DNA of 64,000 bases from Eledone cirrhosa (lineage: Eukaryota): positions 184,698,001-184,762,000 of the forward strand of contig OZ024741.1 of NCBI GenBank assembly GCA_964016885.1. Direction: 5' to 3'. Under the pieces are notes generated by a model. That model saw only the letters and a program-made list of their open reading frames with translations. It was not told the DNA's origin and did not search any database. Position 1 is the stretch's first letter; each line of letters begins with the position of its first letter. The position numbers and the translations under genes are program-made. Positions 1 to 14,057 of this stretch are shown here, in pieces.

Positions 1-530
1 TTTGCCACGGCTCTAAGACGTAGAAGTAAATTGATGTTTTCTCATTTTTGCATAGAATGTTACAAACACTAAAGTTTCTTAAACCTTTTGTCACCTAATT
101 TGGTATATAAAATATAGTAAAAGAGTGCAGCACTTAAGTTGTGCATGGGTGAATTGTTGGTCCATATTCCATTTTCTTAAAACGTTTCCAGTTTTAGTAA
201 ATTTGACTGACGGGTTGATAAATTATAAAGATGTTCTCTGATTGTTTGTTCTTGTAGCAGTTGGTGAGTGATATATTTTAAGCATCGACTCAACGTCTGA
301 ACGCAATGGAATGAAATTTCCATTGTCACTGCCTCCGCCTCTCTCGCTCTCTCCATCTATCACTATTATAAGGAAATGGGGGTCCACGTGTTGGCTGCCC
401 TGCGGCGCCGGCGGACAGAATAGAGAAGCCTTACTGTCAAGTTATTCAACGTTTATGAAATTCACGTAAGCGAGTAGTCTGCACAGAAAAAGTAAAGATT
501 CTTGGTTGATTGATCTGTAAACATATTACA

Positions 531-532
<2 letters not shown>

Positions 533-592
<60 letters not shown>
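533..592. repeat. (GA)n microsatellite
   Basis: Pure GA run; source of the poly-ER ORF 510..692. Confidence 0.95.
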
Positions 593-597
<5 letters not shown>

Positions 598-1062
598 GTA
601 TAGGTCACCATAATGAAACAACAACAACATCAAATAGTTGTGGTGACCTTATGACACATTTAACAAAAGAAATTATCAAATTCAATAAGTAGATATAAAT
701 AAAACAATCTATTAAGAGAAATAGATATTTCCGTCACAATATGCATCTTTAGTGCATAGCTAGTCCATGAAAATTTAAGGATTTGAACAAATATTCGTAA
801 GAATTGTTTAGAAAAAGAAAAATGAGCTCAAATTCTTTAAGATGGAATTATAGATAGGGAATAAAATTGAACAGAAGAAAAAAACTTGTGTAGGATGCTT
901 AGTTACATACTAATATGGTAGTTCTCTTTTGTTTTTCGTATTTATCCGAATGTACAATGCAACAACCACCTCCGAATATGTTTACAAATAAACCAATATA
1001 CAGTAAAATATACCAACCAATATACAGTACAATATTATTCTTGAATCTGGTCAGAATAATTA

Positions 1063-1730
1063 CAGGGATGTTCAGTTATTTCAGGGATATTTGCATGAAT
1101 TTAATGAAATATGCATAAGTCATGAAAGAAGAACTTTATTTCAGCAAAAAACTGGCATGAATAATCTTGAATCCGTTCGTGGCGCATCAACCCAATGAGT
1201 CTGCTGTTAGCATTGATGACTGTTTTAATACGATGTCTGAACCGTTGGCATACCCAAATCAGGTGATCTGTATCTATTTTGGACATTGTGCTAGTTATAG
1301 CAAACCTCAAAGAATTTATAGTGCTATGGGGATGTTGATTGACTTCCTTCTGGACTATGCCTCACACAGGTCTGAAGAAATAGGCCATGTGACGTGATTG
1401 TGGAAACTGATCCATTTATGGGTCGTCTTGACCTTATGTGATGATGCATAATTTTGTTCCCAGGTGTACGGACTTTCGTTGCTCAGGCTCACCGCCCAAG
1501 GCCTCACAACCACCACCAACACCTCCTTACGCCCCGAGAAAAGATGTGGGGGTGCCATGAAATCTCCTTCGCTGTTCATGACTCTCAGAACTATCACAGA
1601 TGTCAGTAAGTTTGTGTGCATGATAGTATCTCTTTAGAGTTTCTGCGTAATCATTTGTTATTCCTTCACTGAGGAAAAGCCAAATATTCCAGACTCTTGG
1701 ATGATTCAACTTGCTCACCAAGTGCTATGC
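1063..1730 (-). mobile_element. Degenerate Tc1/mariner-superfamily (maT/DD37D-like) transposon, 3' half
   Basis: Minus-strand ORF pieces resemble a transposase catalytic domain: SKLNHP..WLFLSEG, TSVIVLRVMNSEGDFMAPPHLF, YTWEQNYASSHK, TWPISSDL, DHLIWVCQRFRHRIKTVINANSRLI. TA + CAGGG at 1061-1067 looks like a TIR end. Confidence 0.7.
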
Positions 1731-2420
1731 ACGGTTCAGTATGGTCCTAGGGAATTAGTCTGCTCTCAGTAGGCACGTATAGGCGGGGGATGAAAACGGA
1801 ATGAGGACACCTTCCCAAATTAGTGAGTCTGCTATTTTATTGGATACCCTAACCTTTTGACATCTTATAGTCATTTATTGGTGTTGATTTCAACTAGGTG
1901 CCCCAGGCTATGCTTCTATTTTTATATCCTATGCTTGTACTGTTTCTTACGATTTGGGACCTTGCGGCCAATAAATGAAATTCTTAATTCTTAACATGTG
2001 GAATTTTATACCGATGAAATAAAGCGCTCAAATGTCAAGTATAAATTATCAGCGTTAGTTAGTATTAATTTCCCTAGTTGATAATAAATTGTCTAAAGGT
2101 TTCTTCCTTGATCTTAATTATTCTCTTGCCCTTTACTCTTTAATTTTTACTTCTTTCTTTCTTTTCCAGGTTTTCTTCCATTTCTTCTTCTCCCGCTCTA
2201 TCCCACCTCAACAATTTCTCTCTATCCTCCCTTATACAGATTCTAACACAGTTATTCTCTCTTGTCATCCCACACGCCCAAACTCTGTCTCCCCCATATT
2301 TCTCTAGCTTTCACATGGATCCTAACACAACCTTATATTTATGTAGCTATACACCTATTCAACTACTCTCCTCTCTCACACACTTTCTGTATGTAAGTAT
2401 GTATTTATGAATCTGAGTAT

Positions 2421-2581
2421 GTGTATATATATATATATAAATATATATAGATAGATATATAAGTACAAATATATATATATTTATGTGTGCGTGTCGTGTG
2501 TGTGTATATATATATATATATAATATTCATATATATATAATATACATATATATATGTATATATATATGTGTGTGTGTCTGT

Positions 2582-2626
<45 letters not shown>

Positions 2627-2630
2627 TGTG

Positions 2631-2702
<72 letters not shown>
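2421..2702. repeat. Compound (TA)n/(TG)n microsatellite
   Basis: Direct inspection. Confidence 0.95.
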
Positions 2703-2705
<3 letters not shown>

Positions 2706-3559
2706 TTATATATTTTCTGGATTTAGTTTTCTCAATATATGCGTGTAAATATGTATTTCAATGTATGTAAATTATCCCTTTTAAGTTTTATTGCAAAATT
2801 ATCACGATAGATGAGAAATGCATTTACATCAAAATGAAAAAAAAAACAACATATATGGCCATCTACCGAAAGAAAATTAAATAGAAAAATACGAAACAAA
2901 AAATACCATTACAAGTAATAGAAAGGCAAATCAACAACAATAACAAAAAAAGTGAAGAAAATGAAATTTGAGTAAAATGGAAAATAAATTAAAAAAATAC
3001 CAAGAAAAAAGATGAAGTGAAAGCTAGAAGAAAAACAAGAAAAACCGCATAGATATATAGAGGAAACAGCACATGCACGGAGAATTGAGAATGAGTAACA
3101 ATAGAAACACCAAGAAAAGGAAGTAATAAGAACCAATGAAATGCAGTAGAATCTTAGAAATTCTAATCCGAGTTTATTGCCGTTATCTTTTATTTAGAGA
3201 AAATCCAATTAAAATCTGACCTAGAGAGGTGATAGATGACGGATCAGGGATAGATAGATAGTCGTTTAGCACGAAACAATATTTCAATTTTTGTTTTTCT
3301 TTTTTTGAAATTTACAAATTTATTTCTAGGATAGAATTACATAAAAATAATAATGAATAGAATATTTAGTCAAATATAAATAAAAATTAACTAGCATTGG
3401 AAAAGACTATAGAAGAGAGGAAAAGGAGGTAAAGTGGAAGGATTATTAAGTAACGAAAGAAAGGCGAAGGAGAGAGGGTGACAAAGCAACGAAAGAGAGA
3501 AAGGGGGTGGGGAGAGGGTGACAGACTCTACACCTATGTGAGGGTGGTGTTTCGACTCC

Positions 3560-4290
3560 GCTCTGTGGTCAAAATGTTAAAGGCATTGCCGTGGACAATG
3601 AGCAGCGGCATACGTTGCAACAGCCATCCCACTTCACCGGGCTCCTTCCTCAGACAGATGTCATTCTGATTTTATGGACGAGATCACTTGTACGAGGTGC
3701 GGGAAAGACTGAGGTTTCGACGCAAATCGATGTAATGAGGAAGCGGCCGGAGAAGCCCCGGTATTTGCTTATCTTCCTGTCCTCTGCATTGCGGGACGCG
3801 GTACTGGGGTTTGTGGCCGAAGCAACAAGGCTATAGGGGAAGAATGTGTCATAGCATGTCACCTTCCATATAAAGGATTTACCTCCCTCGAATGCGAAGA
3901 GGGGAATTCCATCGTGGTTCTTGCCGTTTCCACGGTCGAGGTCCGCTGTTTCCAGTTGTGATGGGAAGCCAGCTGCATCTAGGCTAATTTTTATTATGTC
4001 GTTTAAAGTGACATAACGGCAAAACCGGCCTCGCGCTCTGGCGGCATTATATTGGGTGCAGGCCGAAATCGTCGATGACAGCTCCAAAACGGCGTTTGTG
4101 TGGCCCACACATGCAAAAGGTTGAGACGTTTGGATACTCCGATATGAGTGCAATCATCATCAATAAGGATGTCGGTTGTTGAAGGGAGCACCAAATTGAA
4201 CCACGCGTCACTGTTTGCTTGTGAAATAGAACGGTGGCAAGCAAGGTGGTATTGGTCTAAGCAAGTCTCAATCCACCTGAAGGTAGACAT
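3560..4290 (-). mobile_element. Degenerate CRE-clade-like non-LTR retrotransposon, C-terminal zinc knuckle + restriction-like endonuclease
   Basis: ORFs 4003..4290 and 3650..4153: SDAWFNL..LIDDD..IGV..RL, RGRFCRYVTLNDIIKISLDAAGFPSQLE..LDRGNGKNHDGI.LF.FEGGKSFIWKVTC.DTF, AEDRKISKY, CVETS. A final piece near 3580-3640 reads WLLQRMPLLIVHGNA. Confidence 0.75.
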
Positions 4291-5325
4291 TGAATGAAGA
4301 ATCGTTAAAAGGGAGAGTTCTTATTACTATATAGCGTGGGGGCACAGTGGGAGGTTGTGAAAGAGTAGAAGGATGTACAAGAGAAACCGAATACACAACA
4401 TATGTCGTCTAAATAAGACTGAAACTCTCATAAGAAACAGCCAGATGAACCTACCAATCTGAAACCTGGAAGTTACAATCACTTTCCTTCTCAGAAAATA
4501 AAATTTACAGTCTAGTTATATGTATTGAGTGCTCATTCGGTTAATGTTTGAATGTTTTGAGTACTCTCAATATGACAGCTACCTTCTAATGGTAAGCGTT
4601 GTCCAAACATTGATTTCTACAATGATTAATACTGCAATAACCTCAAATACATTTCTCAATGAAGAGCATTTCTATACTTTCTACTCCATTACATATAGAT
4701 TTTCCATGTTCCCAATTTCCACTACTACGCAAACATACTGAAACGTGTATAAGTAAGCCTGATACCTGCACATGACACAACCAGAGGAAGTGGTCAAGCT
4801 GTGACTCCGAAATTTCAGTTTGGGCATAATGAGTGGAAACCTTATAATCTTTTTTGGCCTTTTATAATCTGTTTTTTGAGTGAGGTGTTTGTGTGTTGGG
4901 GGTATAAGCAATATTCTCTTTAAAACCGTTATTTGTAGAGTAGAGCTGTATTTCGTTTTTGGAAGAAAATATCTTGTAGATCACTTTGATTATATTAGTA
5001 TTCAAATGTTTGAATTCTAGGCATGGATTGCACAAACGTCATTTTATACATTTTAACCTCTTGTTCAACATATGAGAATACTTCTCTGACTTATAATCTA
5101 GTGTCTTATAATCTGTCTTATAACCAGTGTCAACTAATATGTTGACACTGGTTAGGTAGTCTAATTTGTTACTAGAGTGTGGCCATATTCAATCCGTTCT
5201 GATTTAAATTTCAAATATGTTATTTCGTTGAATTCAGAAATAGAGCCTGATGAATGAAATATCGAAAATATATAATTTTCAAAATGTATTGGCGCGGTCA
5301 TCTAATATTATACTTTAAACCAATA

Positions 5326-5516
5326 GCGGTGGATTGGCAGTATCGGTAGAGGGTCGGACGCCGTGCTTTAACGCATAGAGTTAAAGCCCTTGCCATTCTG
5401 AGTTCACATCCCACCGAGGCTAACTTTGCATTTCATCCTTACTGGGTCGATAAAATAAAGTACCAGTAATGCACTGGATAATTGCTGGCCTTGTGCCAAA
5501 AGTAGAAACCATTATT
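5326..5516 (+). mobile_element. tRNA-derived SINE (window family S1), full length
   Basis: A-box-like TGGCAGTATCGG, B-box-like GAGTTCA.ATCC, central TTTGC.TTTCATCCTTAC.GGGTCGATAAAATAAAGTACCAG (resembles the MetaSINE-type domain), tail GGCCTTGTGCCAAAAGTAGAAACC + ATTATT. Many other copies in the window. Confidence 0.85.
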
Positions 5517-6629
5517 CCTTAAAACTATTTTATTATACATCTAAAGAACTTTAGCAGCATTTCTGCAAGTCTAATATATCAAGGGCTAGATTATCGAATG
5601 CGTTCTTTGGGGGAATATCGTATGCTTAAAGGTTGATTGACAACGTAGAGATTCCCCCATATTCTTGTTTAACTGATTAATAGAACTAACTAAATACACT
5701 CACAAGCAGTGGCCCAACGTGAACGCAGCACAGTAACGAAACCAGTAAAAGTAATTAATGAAAAGTTCTTTTTGTTTTTGTAAAAATAGCATCTCTATAT
5801 GTTATTGTTGCTAATTAAACATGTCAGGTCTAATGGTGTAGAATTAGATTCAAAACCTTTCCAAACTTGGCCATCACACCTTTTTCTCCTATGTCTATTA
5901 ATACATTGTTCAATGTATCTTCCATATTAAAAAAAAAAAATAGTAGTTTATGATTTAACAGGGGTATCGGTGTTACTTCTAGCAGATCGAGCCACTGCGT
6001 AGAGGTTTATAAGGTTAGCTTCTGAGGTCTCATGTTCATTAATAAGGAAAGAAAGACAGAAACACAGAATGCGCCATTAAACGAAGTCGTATGGACTTAA
6101 CACAAAGTACACGCAAATACACATACACAGACGCACACACATATCCATGTACATGAATAAAAATGTACATAGGCACACGCATACATATATATCGACACAG
6201 ACACATGCACTTCTACATATGCATATATATGAATATACATTCACATAAGTGTGTCTGTATGTGGTATGTGACACGCAAGGTGATATTTCCCTCTTTTTAT
6301 TTCCCCTATTTGGAACTAAGATTAAAGAGATATTCAAGATAAGAATTATGGCTGATAAATGATGACAATATCAGCAACGACAACAACAGCAATAAAACAT
6401 ACAACAACAGCGACAACGACCACCAACACCTCAACAATAACAACGACATCAACAACAACGACTACCAGGGCTACAGTATCATGGACCACAACAACAGTAG
6501 CAAGTGCAATGGCAATAATTACAACAAAGAGAATATAATATCAGTCAATTTCCTCTCAGCATTGAAAATGCTTTTATGGTGTTGTTTTTTTTTTGTACTT
6601 TTTATATATTCCTGTTGTTAGTTTTTATG

Positions 6630-6661
<32 letters not shown>

Positions 6662-7449
6662 TTCCGTATTTCTTCCTCCCTTTGTAAACGGCTGAATTCC
6701 GCTCACAATTCACTCTCCGCGTGTTATTGAGCTAAAGACAGCAGCAGCGACAACCTAACTACTTGTAATAACTGTTATCTGTACTTAGGTTATAACTTCT
6801 TTTATCGTTAATGTTGAAAGAATATATTCTATTGTGTTATTAATAAAATGAATACATGAAGATAGGGTAGTCATACCTTGAATGCCTTTAATTATCCCCT
6901 TACACGACCAGGTCTTATCGAGAGTTAATCATAAACAATAAGATATCATCTACGTGATAGCTTGACCATTAGAAATAACAGCCAAATATCCTATCAAATT
7001 CCAGTTAAATGTCTTGAAAAACGTTCTCATTGCCTATTGTAATGCGAAAAGAACTCCGTACCCTAATGACAGGTTGTCCGTGGTGGGAACACATTTGTTC
7101 AAAGTCAGTTAGATCAGTGAGAATGAGAGAGAGGGGGGGGGGGGATAACAGCAACAATATCAATGAAGAAATCCTCAATGTGATAGCAAGAGCCGATATA
7201 AATATTCCTCGAATAGCACTTAAAGGCATTGAAAAGGGTAAGGCTACACATGAGATTATATAGCCTTATATACTGCCCTGACCCTTAAAACCATGGGTTG
7301 GTCACGGTTGGATTTAGTTTGCTTTTATGGCTGTTCGATCAGGCCTAATCTGGGCTTAAATAACAAAAATACTAACAAAAACAAAGGCAACAACAACAAC
7401 GTCAACAGGAACAACAATAATAACAATAACAACATCATCAACAACAGAA

Positions 7450-7450
<1 letters not shown>

Positions 7451-7510
<60 letters not shown>

Positions 7511-7511
7511 T

Positions 7512-7548
<37 letters not shown>
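7451..7548. repeat. (CTA)n microsatellite preceded by an AAC-rich tract
   Basis: Direct inspection; source of the poly-Y and poly-V ORFs. Confidence 0.95.
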
Positions 7549-7549
<1 letters not shown>

Positions 7550-9945
7550 TATCATCATCATTATCATCAACAACATATAATAGTTTCTCAAATAGGAACA
7601 AGGCCAGAAATCTTGGGGAAGGGAAAGTTGATTTCTTCGACTTAATACTTGACGTACTTTATTTTGTTGACCCCGGAAGGATGCAAAACAATGTCGGTTC
7701 TTGGGTGCTTTTGTAGTGCTTACTCAGTAGCAAGTATTCGGGGCAAGTCTTCGGTTCAAAGATAGCTTTCTTCCACCAGTTTCTGGATTCTCTCACAAAG
7801 ACCATGGACACTGCTCTTTCTCCCTCAAATTGTATTTGAAAACAACGACAATATCGTGTGTTATACTGTAGACGTACAACCTATTGCTTATGGGCGTCGT
7901 GCTTACGATCGAGAGTATGATTCTCGGATGCACGGTCTGCAAGAATTGACATTATATGTTAGTAGTTTACTCATTTGGGAAAACGGCTACCAGAGAGATG
8001 TGGGATTAGTTAGGTTAATCTTGTGACTGTATGTGGTCTTATCAAAAAGGAAGTCTCGAAACCCAATATGTTGCGGCCCGATAACTTTCGAAGGTATGGA
8101 CAAATTTAACATTCTTTTTATTCACCTGAAAGCTGCCCCTCAATCTGTTATCGTTTATTCATCCGCTTCGTTCCTTTACAGAATCCTAAAATACCATGGT
8201 ACCAGCAGATATCTCCAGTTTCCATAGCATTATTATGCACGATAAATCTCCATCCCACTGCATTGTTGGAGAGAAAGCAAATCTGTTGTAGGTAACGGCT
8301 TTGTCCCAGCGAATGGATGTTGTATTGTTATTGTTGTTATTTATCGAGTTGTGCCCTTAACGGGAAGATCTTAGATCAAAGTTAATCCAGCTATGATCCT
8401 ATATTCTTTGTTTTTCAGATATACGAGTAGGGTGTAATTGCAATGAGAATTCCAAGCTCATGTTAGCGGGCCCGCATGACTGTATATGTTTCCTCATGCT
8501 CGTGTTTTAGAATTCACACTCATTCATTTAAGAATGCTTTCATTGTTTACAAGTAGATCTGCTCAAAATATCAATAAAAACCTCCCAAATAACACCCTAC
8601 CATATTATAAAATGAAAACGTATTGGTCATGTGTTCATATCTTACACTGTGTGGAGGTAAAATACAGGAGAGTCAGATCATGATGCACCTTAGATCATAT
8701 CTAATCTTTATCAAGACAGACTTAGGTATAAGTATCAATGATGGTTGTGGTGCGAATTGAATGTTGGTATTAACGACATTTTAGCCTCTTATATGTCTCA
8801 TATACACCGCCCCATTTAAAATTCATCATCTTGTTTATTGCAAGATTACTTTGTTTTGTATATTATAATCAGAGCAGAGAGGAAGTCACACAGAAAATGT
8901 TTAGGGCTTCCAGAAATGGTTGTGGAAATGTAGAATGGACTCCACTGCAGATACCCAGTGGAATAAGGCCAGTGGACACATTTTTAAGAATATAAACCAA
9001 TGTATCCAATCAAACATGAGTCTATATATGCTGTTACTTAGACCTTCTGCAAGGCTTGTCGTAAGTAGTAAAATCAGAGAGTCGGTACATACACTTAGAT
9101 AGCAAAACTATCAAAGAGAGGTGTTAGCGCCTGTGACGAATTATGAACCATGTCTTTTATATATTTCTAAATCATTGTATGTCTCGGTTCGAACTATATA
9201 ACGAAGAAACTGTAAGCTCAGTTGATTATTGCTAACAACACGAAGACATTATGGAGTTGATTTCGATTTTCTTCTTTCTGTTTATTCCTCTATTGTTTAA
9301 ATGCACACTTTTATGTTATAAGTTTGATGCTTGCTGAGATTGATTTGATCCTTATTGTGCCAACATAGAGAATTCAATTATGTTTAACTTAAACATTAAA
9401 ATGAATATAGTCTGAATGAATTCACTGATTCGCTGCTTTTTTTTTCATTTATATCAATAAGCCATCGGACTTAGGTTCGTGAGTGTATGCAGACATATCC
9501 AAAGAAAATAGTGTGTTTGAGTCAAATGTTTTAGGCATATACCTTATCACATTAAATCTAAAAGTCATTTGAGGAATTGCAGCATTTCAAGAAAAAAAAA
9601 ATATATAATGTCATGTTCAATAATTGTTTCAACTTGATTAAAAGTGTTTGCATACTCAGTCAATACGTTTTTCTTATTTAATACGCATGAATTAGTTATA
9701 TGACGCTCAAATAACTGAATTATGAGGTATAAATATATATTGAATGTGTATATCTAGCCAAATGCACTGGGGTGCTATAAACGGTTTCTACAAAATAGAA
9801 TTCCTTGCACAAATGATAATGTTTCAAAAAACATTTAATACTGTTATATTAAATGGAATATGCCTTCATTACGAACAATGCTGTTACAATTATAGTTACT
9901 TTTCAACCAAAGGAACACCAAGTATTCTGATTTTATAAATTGATA

Positions 9946-10133
9946 TAATTGTTTCTATTTTAGGCACAAGGCCAGCAATTATCCAGTACATTACTGGTAC
10001 TTTATTTTATCGACCCCGTAAGGATGAAAGGCAAAGTTAACCTAGGCGGGATTTGAACCCAGACCATAAAGGGGCGTAACTCTATGCTTCAAAGCACGGT
10101 GTCCGACTCTCTACCGATACTGCCAATCCACCG
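9946..10133 (-). mobile_element. SINE S1, near full length
   Basis: Reverse complement of the 5326 and 16833 copies. Confidence 0.85.
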
Positions 10134-10313
10134 AATAATTCAATATTATCTATAGAATTGCATTGATTGCCACTCTATAATTCATGTTAGCTTACAAACA
10201 TATTAAGGTTTGTGACTATTATCAACTGACCACCACGTGTCTCACGGATGTTACCCTGGTTTTACACACACATAGAGAGGCACACACAGACAAAAGGATT
10301 CACAGACACTCAA

Positions 10314-10354
<41 letters not shown>

Positions 10355-10623
10355 CACAAACACACACACACATACGCACATTCAACAGAACTTCTCAATT
10401 TTCTTCAGCCTCACAAAATGCAAATGAAATTGGGAACACTCACTATGGAATTTGAAAAAAGCAAAACTGTAACATGGAAATACCTTATGACTGGTTAGGC
10501 CAAGATGTTTCCATTCTATGTATTTACCTCGTCCTATCGGTTATATCATTTCAGTTTACAGTATCCTACATCTCATGGAATCTCTTAAGATGCTACTGAA
10601 TTGAATTCGCAAGTCCAAATCTC

Positions 10624-10674
<51 letters not shown>

Positions 10675-10675
<1 letters not shown>

Positions 10676-11494
10676 GAGATGTGTCAGAAAAGTAACAGGA
10701 TTTAGTGTGCTGTGTAAGCCATGATTGGGGTAATTATTAGCATTTTGCATCACAATGTGACTTAATGGCCGGAAAATACATAACTGCGATCTCAGCTCTC
10801 TGCAGCGCTTGTATGTTTTTCAGCATGCTTTTGATAATGGCTCCTCAATTCTAGGTTGTCGAACGATGGGCACAGAGCAACGAACCAGTTTCTGGTCCAT
10901 CTTGACATAACTCCGTCAGAGCACACTGATACGGCAGCAATTGTACGGAGATGAGATGATGTGATGCTCACGGATTTTTGAGTGACAGAAAAGGTTCCAA
11001 AGAGGGATGCGAGAACGTGGAATTCGACCCCATGAGCGGAATGCTTTAAAAAATCAGGACTGAGGCCAACGTTGGGTGTGTGTGGCAGGTGGTGCGTGGT
11101 GATTGTCGGCTAACTGTTCGACTGCTCGCAAGGGAGCTGGGCATAAACCACAACAGTGTTTGGAAGATTATCACCGAGGATTTGGTTATGCAGAAGTTCT
11201 GCGCAAAGATGGTGTTGAAGCTATTAACAAAGGATATCCTTCAGAGTCTTGAAACCGAACCAGATTTTTTTATTTTCCCCAAGTTTTTCGGACGTGGAAG
11301 TCAACAAGATAGTCGTGACGACAGAGCTGGGGATAATTCAGGGAGAATCTTTCCAGTAAGACGTGGCGGAAAAAATGGGAAAGTGCATTAGACTCGAAGG
11401 GGGATTATTCCGAAAAGGAAACTTCCAGATTGTCTTCTGGAACAGAAATAATTATTTTGCGACTCCAGTCCTGTTTCTTTTCAGACACACCTCG
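10675..11494 (+). mobile_element. Internally deleted mariner element with both TIRs and TA flanks
   Basis: Left TIR CGAGATGTGTCAGAAAAGTAACAGGA; right TIR (reverse complement) CGAGGTGTGTCTGAAAAGAAACAGGA; TA on both sides. ORF 11080..11391 has an HTH and a WVPHEL-like linker (RLTVRLLARELGINHNSVWKIITEDL..CAKMVLKLLT). Catalytic core largely missing. Confidence 0.85.
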
Positions 11495-11979
11495 TATATA
11501 TTTCGAAAACATCGTTGTTTTATGTAGGTTTGCAATCCTTAGAAAATATAGAAATCTAAAACGCAGAATATTATTGTTGCTATAGTCGATTAATATCAAT
11601 GATAGCTTAGAAAATCGAGTATACTACCCACATAGAATGAAAAAACGTGTCCAGCAGCCGCAACGAGAATTGAAATCCAAATCTCTCAAATTCGACTGAC
11701 CGCTCTAAACGACATCTGAATATAAAGGTATTTTACCCTTTTTTCTAAGCCATTATCTATAACAATCGACTGTAGGTATTTTCTGCGTTTGAGATTTCTA
11801 CAAATGTTAAGAATATGAACCAAAGTATCCTATCAAACATGAGTCTACATGTGTTGCTAGTCGGATTTTCCGCAATGATGTAGGAAAATGAGAGAAGCAG
11901 CATATACTCTTAGGTAGCAAAACTATCTAAGAGCACATAATACTGTTTTACCTGTGAGAAATCATAATATATCTATCTA

Positions 11980-12185
11980 GCACTTGCACAACACGCTCCT
12001 TGAGTTGAGGGTTGTTCTATCGACGGGGTATTAAACAACCCATTTGTGGCGCCTCCCCCCTATTGGGGATTTCGATTGTTGAAATTGTTTGTTTTTATAT
12101 TTTTTACACAACTGTATGTAAAATCCCCGGCATGTCTTTGTATTGTCCCCTTTCTTGTTGCGCCCTTGTGGCTAATAAAGAAATA

Positions 12186-12234
<49 letters not shown>
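11980..12234 (+). mobile_element. 5'-truncated 3'-UTR fragment of a Tx1-related LINE ending in (ATCT)n
   Basis: TGTATTGTCCC...CCCTTGTGGCTAATAAAGAAA terminus matches the Tx1 ends at 23786 and 29609. 14-bp AATATATCTATCTA at 11966-11979 and 12182-12195 (putative TSD). Confidence 0.6.
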
Positions 12235-12235
<1 letters not shown>

Positions 12236-12326
12236 ATCTAGTAGACAAAATCACAGAGATCGCGTAGAAGCGTATGTTCATTGGAAAGAGAGAGAAAGAA
12301 AGGGAAAAAAAATATATATATATTCC

Positions 12327-12419
<93 letters not shown>

Positions 12420-12423
12420 CTGC

Positions 12424-12468
<45 letters not shown>

Positions 12469-13333
12469 GAGAAAGTGAGAGGGGGGGGGGGGACGCCTTT
12501 AGTAATGGTCTGGTACTTTATTTGTTGGTAATTTATTTATCGAACCCGAAGGGATTACATACATAGTCCCTGCACAGAGGAAAAAAAAAACGGGGTTGTC
12601 ACGCTTGAAATACCATTAATTAAATATATCCGCAATGAAGTTTGACCTGGAACTAAACAATATCAAAAATACTGCAAGGCATTTGAAAACAGAGTGCAGT
12701 TACCCAGAATAAATACTGTAATGCATTATATTCGTTACTTTAATTGGCCGCCTGATGTATAAGTATATATTACATTACGATGAGAAAATTGCAAAAATTA
12801 TAGTTCGTCGTAGAAAAATCATAAAGAATTGGTATTTATTGTACTGAAGTTACACATATATTTTTTGTTAATCTGGCCGTCATAAATGCAATTGACCAAT
12901 GCATCATCCGTTATAACATATAACTAACATTTCTACCCACCACAAATACTTCATATCAAATACATCTAACAAAAGACTTCATCTGTTATCAAGTTAGGGT
13001 CGATAAAATCAAGTAACAGGCAAGCATTCCCCTTACAAAATTTGTGGTATTTTTCTTTTATAATATATCGATATTTAAAGGTATTTGTCGTATATATTGC
13101 GAACGGTGTTAGACAATTAATTGTAGCGAGAACTTATGGGCTATGTGTTACCGGATATATTTCTTTCTATAATACATCCAACAGGATTCAATTTCATCTC
13201 ATTTCCAAATAACATCATTTCAGAAGTTGATGAGAAGCGGTCAATTTATAAGGGATGAGGTCGATGAGAAATACAATTATACAATATCACAACTGTGCTT
13301 AAAGAAACAAGCCAACATGCTATATATACATGC

Positions 13334-13660
<327 letters not shown>

Positions 13661-14057
13661 TTTATTTCACGTTGCTCCTTCTACCTGGAGTTGCGACCGA
13701 TAGATAGTACTAGCAACTGGAAAGACCAATGGAAACATTGTTTCCTCGGTCCGATTTGACGAAAGTCGATCGTTAAGGGGGATATATATATATATATACA
13801 TGAAATTTGTGGTCTTGTTTTGCTTAACTAATGAATATTTCCAGCTCTGCGCACCTAACTTCTGCATGAACCCAGCCACCTCTTTCTACTGCATATTGCA
13901 CATTGAGCACATGCCTTTACGCTTTCGCTTCTAACTAATTTACCAATCTCTCCTCTCATATCTCCTCTCCTATCTCCATCTCTCTCTTTAAGATTGGTTA
14001 CTTGAACTGTGTATACTTGAGCTCCTGTAGTTGAGCTATTTACTGTTAGAAGTCACC

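Noticed and set aside
5121-5154. 14-bp perfect hairpin TAACCAGTGTCAAC / GTTGACACTGGTTA
   Set aside because: Lies in a patch of short local duplications; likely a repair scar, and not a terminator in this context.
5240-5280. CTGATGA ... GAAA
   Set aside because: Stems I and II cannot be formed convincingly.
5326-5415. tRNA-like A and B boxes in S1 heads
   Set aside because: No convincing cloverleaf, and always attached to a SINE body and tail; not tRNA genes.
8996-11970. Diverged ~140-bp similarity between ~8996-9150 and ~11818-11970
   Set aside because: Old dispersed repeat with no diagnostic ends or motifs.
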